A stretch of DNA of 64,000 nucleotides from Bacteroidales bacterium (GTDB lineage: Bacteria; Bacteroidota; Bacteroidia; Bacteroidales; GCA-2748055): assembly GCA_029938715.1 (NCBI GenBank), contig JAOZUK010000009.1:3504-67503 (forward strand). Reading direction: 5' to 3'. The notes below the pieces were generated by a model that saw nothing but the letters and a program-made list of their open reading frames with translations, was not told the DNA's origin and did no database searches. Of this stretch, positions 57,815 through 64,000 are shown one piece after another. A program made the position numbers and the translations under genes. How positions within the stretch are numbered: the stretch's first letter is position 1; each line of letters begins with the position of its first letter.

Positions 57815-57878
57815 AAGCAATTATGCTTGAAATAACAAACAGTGCTTAATACAAGCAACGAATAACAAGCGGTGCTTG
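57815..57878. promoter_or_regulatory. Three AAGCA/TGCTT palindromes (candidate operators) in the divergent intergenic region
   Basis: aagca-atta-tgctt (57815-57828), tgctt-aatac-aagca (57843-57857) and caagc-ggt-gcttg (57866-57878). Confidence 0.5.
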
Positions 57879-57906
57879 ATATAGTTAATGTTATTTCGTA
57901 TCTTTG
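57870..57906 (+). promoter_or_regulatory. Candidate Bacteroidota-type promoter for the small ORF and Ubl operon
   Basis: TATCTTTG (57899-57906) fits the TAnnTTTG -7 consensus. A CTTG at about the -33 position lies inside the third palindrome. Confidence 0.35.
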
Positions 57907-57941
57907 TATCGTTATCGGATTATTTACTTAAAAAATATCAA

Positions 57942-58070
57942 ATGGCGAAAGATTCAGATGGTAAGAAGTATAACCGCATCCCTGGGTATACTCGAAAGGT
58001 TGGAGGGAAGACCGTTAGTGTCAGACCTCATGTTCGTAGTAATCGAACAGATAGTAAAGGAGACAAGTGA
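57942..58070 (+). CDS. 42-aa highly basic small ORF, first gene of the Ubl operon
   Basis: MAKDSDGKKYNRIPGYTRKVGGKTVSVRPHVRSNRTDSKGDK has 12 K/R in 42 residues. The ATG is 36 nt after the candidate -7 box, and the stop is 26 nt before the Ubl ATG. The longer track ORFs 57888 and 57904 start upstream of the putative promoter. Confidence 0.35.
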   Translation: MAKDSDGKKYNRIPGYTRKVGGKTVSVRPHVRSNRTDSKGDK

Positions 58071-58096
58071 TTTATTAATTTTTACAGATTGAAAAG

Positions 58097-58387
58097 ATGA
58101 TTGAAAATTTAAACAGTAACAACAGGAAAAAGGGACAAGATAATGAGCTTGAAATCGTCATCAAGACCCCTAACGGAGACTGGACCAATACATTTTTGAA
58201 GACAACAAAAGTTGCTGAAGTTATTGCTGCAGTTATTCAGCATTTTAACTACGCAAGCAATGGTAAGTATGAGCTTCGTCTTGAGTCCGATCCAGACACA
58301 TTATTGCAGCCGGAGAGACCGCTTGTAAGTTATGGCATTATTGATGGGACGGTCTTAGTGTTCATTGACTTTGGAGCTGCTGTATGA
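58097..58387 (+). CDS. bilA: Ubiquitin-like (single beta-grasp) protein, BilA-like
   Basis: 96 aa. The alternating beta/alpha pattern (ELEIVIKTPNGDW...KVAEVIAAVIQHF...YELRL...LVSYGIIDGTVLVFIDFGAAV) fits a beta-grasp fold. Its stop overlaps the E2 start (ATGA). The fold is inferred, not computed. Confidence 0.6.
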   Translation: MIENLNSNNRKKGQDNELEIVIKTPNGDWTNTFLKTTKVAEVIAAVIQHFNYASNGKYELRLESDPDTLLQPERPLVSYGIIDGTVLVFIDFGAAV

Positions 58388-58866
58388 GTGTGCTGAAAGA
58401 AGTTTCTTTAATGAAAATCAGAAAGGAACTTAAGGATTGTATTGATTATGGAAAAAGGATAGGTTGGATTTTGTCAGACATTGATGAATCCAACCTATCT
58501 TATACCGTTCAGATGAGTTCTCCTATTGATGGCGAAGTTTATATAGTTGAAGTTATCTTTGATAATTACCCTGAGATCCCTCCACTAATAGATTTTGTTC
58601 ATTATCAAACTGGGCAGAAGAATATTCCTAATGCCTACCCTAAAAACAAGGACTCTTTTTTTCACCCGAATGGCCCATGTATATGCAATCCCTGTTCTCG
58701 CAAATCTTATAAAGAATTTGTACGTACAGGTCCTCATGGCGATTGGAAATTGATTGGATGGCAAAAGAATCCCAAAGTTGGGACACTAATAAGCATGGAT
58801 GCAATATTAAGAACAATCTATTCACGAATAAGCAATCCCGAATTTTATGAAAAGAGGATGGGTTAA
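58384..58866 (+). CDS. bilB: E2 (UBC-like) conjugating enzyme homolog, BilB-like
   Basis: 160 aa with FFHPNGPCIC, that is the HPN motif followed by a candidate catalytic Cys, as in UBC-fold E2s. N-terminal helix MKIRKELKD. Confidence 0.7.
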   Translation: MSVLKEVSLMKIRKELKDCIDYGKRIGWILSDIDESNLSYTVQMSSPIDGEVYIVEVIFDNYPEIPPLIDFVHYQTGQKNIPNAYPKNKDSFFHPNGPCICNPCSRKSYKEFVRTGPHGDWKLIGWQKNPKVGTLISMDAILRTIYSRISNPEFYEKRMG

Positions 58867-59452
58867 TAAGTCATTTCAGTACTTAAAGCTTGGAGATAGG
58901 ATTTCTCCAGCGGATAATGTCAGATATTATTTTAGCATTGAAGTATTGGAATTTACAGAGTCCGTATTAAAAGAATATGGGTCAATTGAACCCTCACATG
59001 AAGGCATTGTTCTTTGGGCAGGTAGAAAGAATGACAATAAAATCATTGTTAATTCAGCAATTGCTCCGGACACAGATTCTTCCGGCACCCATATAATCAT
59101 AAAACCGGAGTCGATGGTTAGGTTTATTACTTTTTTGTCTGATAGTAAACTTACATATGTTGGGCAGATTCACTCTCATCCAGGGAGCTGGGTTGGCCAT
59201 TCATCAGGTGATAATGATCTCTCTTGTTTCAAAAGAGAGGGATTAATATCTTTTGTTGCCCCTAACTATGGATTAGAAGGAATACTCCCTTTTAGTCAAT
59301 GTGGAGTTCACAGATATATGGATGGGAATTTCACTTTGTTGTCCAAAACTTATGTTGCAAAAAGAATGAAGATTCTTGGGATTCAAGCCAAATTATTGGA
59401 TCTGAGAAATAAAATGGATATAAGATGGAACGTGAAGAATGGTATAGACTGA
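58847..59452 (+). CDS. bilC: JAB/JAMM metalloisopeptidase, BilC-like
   Basis: HSHPGSWVGHSSGD gives an exact H-x-H-x7-S-x2-D JAMM motif, with an upstream Glu (SHEGIVLWAG). Overlaps the E2 gene by 20 nt. Confidence 0.8.
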   Translation: MKRGWVNKSFQYLKLGDRISPADNVRYYFSIEVLEFTESVLKEYGSIEPSHEGIVLWAGRKNDNKIIVNSAIAPDTDSSGTHIIIKPESMVRFITFLSDSKLTYVGQIHSHPGSWVGHSSGDNDLSCFKREGLISFVAPNYGLEGILPFSQCGVHRYMDGNFTLLSKTYVAKRMKILGIQAKLLDLRNKMDIRWNVKNGID

Positions 59453-60831
59453 GAAATGATCGGATGAATAGAGTGGATGATGTGAACCTTGCTCAATCCA
59501 CCAAAAGATCAATAGGTGTAGTAATTTCTCCAGAGCACCTTGATCACTATTCCATTCAGATTATGTCCTACATGTCGTTGAATATGCTTTCTCGGTGGTG
59601 TCCTTCCTTTACAATAGATCTACCTGATGAAAATCAATGTATCATTCCTGGATTTAGAAATAGAACACTTAAGGAAGTTGCTTTAGAGTTAGTGCAAAGA
59701 AATGATCCTTTCGGAGAATTTACTGTGAATAGCATCTTACCATCAGATTACAATATAGTACTATATATAGGTGAATGTAGTCATGCAGAAGGATCAAATA
59801 TGATCTGGATTGATGCAGAAGGATGGCTTGCAGGGTATGGTCAGAATATGTATAGTAATCTTAATAAGCGTAATAAAAATAACAAGAATCCAATTGGTCC
59901 TTCGTTCGCTGCCTGTTTAGGTGTGTCAGAAGTTTTAAAAAGGCATCTTGGTCTTCAAGTAAGTGAAAGTTTCATCCGGTGGTATTCTATTTATGATTTA
60001 CAATCGGATTCCAATCATGTTACTCTTTCTAACCCACCTATTTCAAGATTATTGGAGGTTGGAACGCTGCACCAAATAGGTTGTGGAGCAGTAGGATCCT
60101 CATTGGACTTGCTGTTCTCATTTCTCAACATCAAAGGTAACATCCATCTCATAGATTATGATAGTGTGTCTGTTCCTAATACTGCCAGTTCAATGGTATT
60201 TACGGCCAAGGATGGATTAGAAGAAATAGATAAAGTGGACAGCTGTTACAGTTTCTTAGAAAAGGTTGATGGACTTATACCTTACCCTCACAAATGCGAC
60301 TACGGTACATTTATCAAAAAGCACGATTTGTTAAATGATTATCCAGATATAGTTTTGTGTTTAGCTAACGAGAAAAACATCTGGTCAACAATCCAACATA
60401 ATTATCCACCTTTGGTTCTTCATGCCACGACTTCACCAAATTGGGGGGTGAATCTTGGAAGACATATCCCTTTTCAAGATTGGTGCATTGTTTGTCGTTT
60501 TGGTATAGATGAGTACGAAACAATTCCTGTATGCTCTCAGGCCAAGGTAGATTCTGGAGGGGAGAAGGAGGAAATTTTAGGAATATTGCCCTTTCTATCC
60601 ACAGCTGGTGCAATATTAATACTATCTGAAATTCTTAGATCAAGAATAGACGGATATTGCCTAACCAAAGATAATTTTGTGCAATTTTCATTTAAGGATA
60701 CCAATGTAGGATTTATCAAGTTAAAGTTGTCAAGAAACGAAAATTGCACTGTATGTAATAATCAGACAAAAGAGGAATATTCATTTCTTAGGAGACAAAT
60801 ATCATATAATCAAATTCATAAGGGTGAATAA
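59425..60831 (+). CDS. bilD: E1-like (ThiF/MoeB-fold) adenylating enzyme, BilD-like
   Basis: Rossmann motif IGCGAVGSSLD and two CxxC pairs (WCIVCRFG and NCTVCNNQ), typical of E1/ThiF zinc sites. Overlaps the JAB gene by 28 nt. Confidence 0.7.
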   Translation: MEREEWYRLRNDRMNRVDDVNLAQSTKRSIGVVISPEHLDHYSIQIMSYMSLNMLSRWCPSFTIDLPDENQCIIPGFRNRTLKEVALELVQRNDPFGEFTVNSILPSDYNIVLYIGECSHAEGSNMIWIDAEGWLAGYGQNMYSNLNKRNKNNKNPIGPSFAACLGVSEVLKRHLGLQVSESFIRWYSIYDLQSDSNHVTLSNPPISRLLEVGTLHQIGCGAVGSSLDLLFSFLNIKGNIHLIDYDSVSVPNTASSMVFTAKDGLEEIDKVDSCYSFLEKVDGLIPYPHKCDYGTFIKKHDLLNDYPDIVLCLANEKNIWSTIQHNYPPLVLHATTSPNWGVNLGRHIPFQDWCIVCRFGIDEYETIPVCSQAKVDSGGEKEEILGILPFLSTAGAILILSEILRSRIDGYCLTKDNFVQFSFKDTNVGFIKLKLSRNENCTVCNNQTKEEYSFLRRQISYNQIHKGE

Positions 60832-60957
60832 TAAATGTAAAATATATACATAGTTCTACTAATCCTCTTACAGTATTGATTTATTCAACTTTTTTTGACG
60901 ACCTTGGATTTACTTTTCCAATTTATATAGGAATAAGGTATATTTTTCATTTCTGTT

Positions 60958-60965
60958 TATATTTG
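60958..60965 (+). promoter_or_regulatory. Candidate -7 box for the deaminase gene
   Basis: TATATTTG fits TAnnTTTG, 17 nt upstream of the ATG at 60982, inside a 150-nt AT-rich gap after the E1 gene. Confidence 0.3.
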
Positions 60966-60981
60966 TTTTAAACTGTTTAAT

Positions 60982-62499
60982 ATGGGAGATCCGGCAAAAT
61001 CTTTAATCACCGAAGAAAAACCTAAAGACTCTCTCGATATAATAAAATCAACACATACGTCTGAGATTGTAATAGCTCTTTGTGGTCAACTTGGAACTGA
61101 TTTGAAAAAAATAGAAGAATTATTGACTACTGAGCTAAAACATAAATTTAGATATGAATGCCAGACTATTAAGTTAAGCTCCTTTATTTCAAGATATACC
61201 GATAAAAAGCTTTCATCAATCATAAATTCCTATGAAAGGATTAAAGCTGGGATGGATGGTGGCAATGAATTAAGGGAAAAATATGACAATCAAATATTGG
61301 CCGAGTTTGCTATACAAAAGATTATTTCAGATCGAGTTAGCGAAGAATCTACTGAAAATCTTGAGCAAGAAAAATTCGATGACAGAAGAAAGTGTTTTAT
61401 TATTGATTCCATAAAGCATCCAGCTGAGATTAAGCTCTTAAATGAGGTTTATAGAGATTCATTTTATGTTATTGGAGTTTTTTCTCCAATAGGACTAAGA
61501 GCGAAAAATCTCGAAAAATCGTTTGGCCTAAATTCAATATCAAAGGTATATGAGCTTATCAATCGAGATACTGGTGAGGATTTATTATATGGTCAAAAAG
61601 TTGAAGAATCATTCATAAATTCAGACTATTTTATCAGAGTTAGTTCTAACGAGAAAAGAAAGCTCAAGCCTAAGATCGAAAGATTTTTAAACTTACTATT
61701 TGACATTGGTATTAATACTCCTTCTCCAAATGAGACCCCTATGTACCAGGCCACTGCAGCGGCTGCAAATTCAGCTTGTCTTTCAAGGCAGGTTGGTGCC
61801 TGTATTACTGATTCAAGTGGAGATATTCTGTCATTAGGATGGAATGATGTTCCGACTTATGGGGGAAACTTATATCCTAACTCGGATTTGGATATAGATG
61901 AACGATGTTACAATATTGGAGATTGTGAGTGCGCAAATATAAAAAAGAAAGAAAAAATTAAGAGTGATATACTCACTGAGTTAAATAACGCTGAAATTTT
62001 GAAGCCTGGTGAGCATACCTCAGTTATCAACGATATTCTTGACAGAAATGGGATCAAAAACCTTATAGAGTTTGCTCGTTCAATACATGCGGAAATGCAT
62101 GCAATAATTCTTGGTAGCCAAAAGTCTGGCAGCAAAATGGTTGGAGGAAAGCTATATTGTACTACATATCCATGTCATAACTGTGCTCGTCATATCATTG
62201 TTGCTGGAATTAGTGAAGTATATTACATCGAACCATATAAGAAAAGTTTAGGAATTGAATTGCATGCAGATGCTATTACAGAAGATGAAAATGAAAATAA
62301 TAAGGTGAGAATTTTAATGTATGAAGGTGTTGCACCAAAAAAGTACATGGAGTTTTATAAATTAGTTTCTGATGATCGGAAAATAAAGGTGAAATATCAG
62401 GATTTATACACAATAAAACCAAAAAGTACGATTACCTTAAGGGCCCTTCATCAGCTCGAAGCATCGGTTTCAGAAAATCTCAAGAAGAAAGGCTTGTGA
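60982..62499 (+). CDS. Two-domain protein: degenerate P-loop kinase-like N-domain plus dCMP/cytidine-deaminase zinc domain (anti-phage dCTP-deaminase / AvcD-like architecture)
   Basis: C-terminal CDA motifs SIHAEMHAI (H-A-E) and YPCHNCARHI (P-C-x2-C). The N-terminal ~230 aa carry a Walker-A-like remnant, VIALCGQLGTDLK. The total of 505 aa matches the described fusion. Confidence 0.7.
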   Translation: MGDPAKSLITEEKPKDSLDIIKSTHTSEIVIALCGQLGTDLKKIEELLTTELKHKFRYECQTIKLSSFISRYTDKKLSSIINSYERIKAGMDGGNELREKYDNQILAEFAIQKIISDRVSEESTENLEQEKFDDRRKCFIIDSIKHPAEIKLLNEVYRDSFYVIGVFSPIGLRAKNLEKSFGLNSISKVYELINRDTGEDLLYGQKVEESFINSDYFIRVSSNEKRKLKPKIERFLNLLFDIGINTPSPNETPMYQATAAAANSACLSRQVGACITDSSGDILSLGWNDVPTYGGNLYPNSDLDIDERCYNIGDCECANIKKKEKIKSDILTELNNAEILKPGEHTSVINDILDRNGIKNLIEFARSIHAEMHAIILGSQKSGSKMVGGKLYCTTYPCHNCARHIIVAGISEVYYIEPYKKSLGIELHADAITEDENENNKVRILMYEGVAPKKYMEFYKLVSDDRKIKVKYQDLYTIKPKSTITLRALHQLEASVSENLKKKGL

Positions 62500-62877
62500 T
62501 AAGTTTATTTGCATCCAAGATTATTGTATTATACTTTTGAAAAGTAAATTTATTAAGATGTCTGGTAATAGAAAGTATGATTTTAGGAATTCAGGAACAA
62601 CCTACAAATCTGCCTTTATAGCTAATCAAGAACAGGGTAAAATCATTCCGATAAATTCTAAAGACCAAGCATATTCGCAGAAGATCTTAGATAAGATTCA
62701 TTCATTATCAAAAGATTAGTTACTGATATAAATTTAAACGACGATTGATTGAACACTGCTCATTTCTGAGGTGAATGAGCTTTCCTGAGGTTAATAAAAA
62801 ACTCAATCTTCGTCCCCTTTTATTCACTCTTGAACAGAAATTGGTCAGTTAGAAACTGGGAGGAAATCAATATCTTG

Positions 62878-63132
62878 ATGATAATCCACTCCGATTCATT
62901 TGCTTACGATCACGACCTTTCCAGTTTCATTGTCCTCGATTTTAATGTAAAGGAAACCATCCTTTTCCCCTATCTCAAGAATCCTGACAACATCACTGTT
63001 ACGCACTCTGATTTAAGCAGGGCATACCTGAACTTCATCCCCTATGTTATCACAGATTACTACAAGGAGAGGTGCTGTACAGAATATGTGTGGGAAGGGA
63101 TTGGATTTGGAGAGTGGATAGTGGGAGGATAA
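62878..63132 (+). CDS. Hypothetical small protein
   Basis: 84 aa from the first ATG (MIIHSDSF...); the track start is TTG. No family was recognised. Confidence 0.2.
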   Translation: MIIHSDSFAYDHDLSSFIVLDFNVKETILFPYLKNPDNITVTHSDLSRAYLNFIPYVITDYYKERCCTEYVWEGIGFGEWIVGG

Positions 63133-63211
63133 TAACAAAATTAAATCAAGCAGACAGCCACACCAGTTAATCTGCTGGCGAACGTATCTAATGATTAGAT
63201 ATTGATCTGAT

Positions 63212-63502
63212 TCAATTCAGAAAACAGGTTGTTCCTGAAATTATTTGTGTTGCACCTGGTTCCGAATGCAGACCCAAATCCAATACCATTTTCACAAGCT
63301 CGTCCAACCGGATTCCAAGGCCATCCTGACAGCCATCCTGAGCCAAAATAAAGCCATTCTTCACCTCTATCCTGCCGCAGACAACTGGAGTACCATCTGC
63401 ATCCCAACCTCGCTTAATTGTGCCGTAAAACCTGCGGTCTCGAGAAGCTTGCGCCATAAACAATTCTGCGATTTTGAACTGGTTTTCTTTTTTCTTGTCC
63501 AT
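63212..63502 (-). CDS. Hypothetical small protein
   Basis: 96-aa ORF with an ATG start (MDKKKENQFKIAELF...). No family was recognised. Confidence 0.3.
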   Translation of the reverse strand: MDKKKENQFKIAELFMAQASRDRRFYGTIKRGWDADGTPVVCGRIEVKNGFILAQDGCQDGLGIRLDELVKMVLDLGLHSEPGATQIISGTTCFLN

Positions 63503-64000
63503 GATGGTGAAAACGAGTTCAAAGTTACTTAAAATTCAGATAATGAGCAATAATGAGGATTTGGTCATGGATTGTACTTTAAGCAAAGTAGCGATTATTA
63601 TCAGCCTTCCTTTTCAAATAATTATAGTCAATTAGTCGCCAATTGCAATGACCATCAACGGCAGTCAAAAATTGATCAATCAAGAATACCTTCTCGATTT
63701 CCATATCTAATAGTAATGGTCTAATCTGATGACTGGCCAATCTGTTTTGGCATGTGCCGATCCTTAGTCTGAGCTTTATTATAAATACTACATGAGATGG
63801 AATTGTACATTAGGAGGGAGGGGAAGGGATCCCCCGGCCGGGGATACCCCTGGGAGACACCCACTTAGGAGGCCGGGGTGGACTTGAGAGGTCCTCTCGG
63901 TCAGAAATAAAGGGAAATCTGAGATATTATTTAGTATTAGGAAGCATCGGCGGGATAAAAATTCCACTAAAAAATCTGGAAATGGAATTTGATAGGTCAA

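Noticed and set aside
57888-58092. Track ORFs 57888..58070 (60 aa) and 57904..58092 (62 aa) upstream of the Ubl gene.
   Set aside because: Their 5' ends begin upstream of or inside the candidate promoter and have hydrophobic junk N-termini. Only the ATG-initiated 42-aa version of the first frame is plausible. The second frame overlaps it and lacks any features.
62558-62719. 53-aa ORF (MSGNRKYDFRNSGTTYKSAF...) 58 nt downstream of the deaminase.
   Set aside because: There is no motif or coupling signal and it could be chance in AT-rich DNA. It is mentioned only as a place to look for a deaminase partner.
63788-64000. 70-aa minus-strand ORF at the window end.
   Set aside because: Its Pro/Gly/Leu-rich translation coincides with a GC-rich hairpin cluster, so it is more likely non-coding.

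Overview
Low-GC segment that looks like Bacteroidota: it has T9SS C-terminal sorting domains, a GH97 hydrolase and TAnnTTTG-type -7 boxes. All family calls come from motifs read in the supplied translations and DNA; no database search was possible.

Bases 1-14.8 kb are ordinary core genome. They hold a TPR protein fragment, a GH97 glycosidase and a complete phosphate block: sensor kinase, response regulator, phoU, pstBACS and a porin on the minus strand, with a divergent MFS transporter. Next come two NifX-like proteins with a DUF134 protein, and a T9SS cargo gene.

A tRNA-Pro(TGG) at 14762-14839 is followed by about 49 kb of accessory DNA:
1. A Sec-signal Rhs/YD polymorphic-toxin locus (20.8-27.3 kb) with its immunity gene and three downstream orphan toxin cassettes. 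One orphan is split by an IS66-family element with an intact 8-bp target duplication.
2. An XRE / sigma / anti-sigma operon convergent with a membrane-anchored TPR-CHAT protein. That protein is preceded by an unlisted 48-aa peptide gene with a GG-type leader.
3. T9SS cargo genes (metzincin-like beta-helix protein, C10 peptidase, S74 tail-fibre-domain proteins). Two of them carry a shared ~260-bp upstream module.
4. Nested IS debris: an ISL3 element inside a gutted IS66 element, plus an IS4 transposase fragment.
5. A mobile-element-like block of small minus-strand genes (48-56 kb) with XRE switches, an unlisted RHH gene and a small serine recombinase.
6. The most interesting locus, 56.5-62.5 kb. 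A divergent XRE + ImmA/IrrE metallopeptidase pair (CapH/CapP-like) sits next to a tightly overlapping ubiquitin-like / E2 / JAB / E1 operon (Bil-type architecture). That operon is preceded by an unannotated 42-aa basic ORF and followed by a kinase-like/cytidine-deaminase fusion resembling anti-phage dCTP deaminases.

No rRNA genes or CRISPR arrays were seen.
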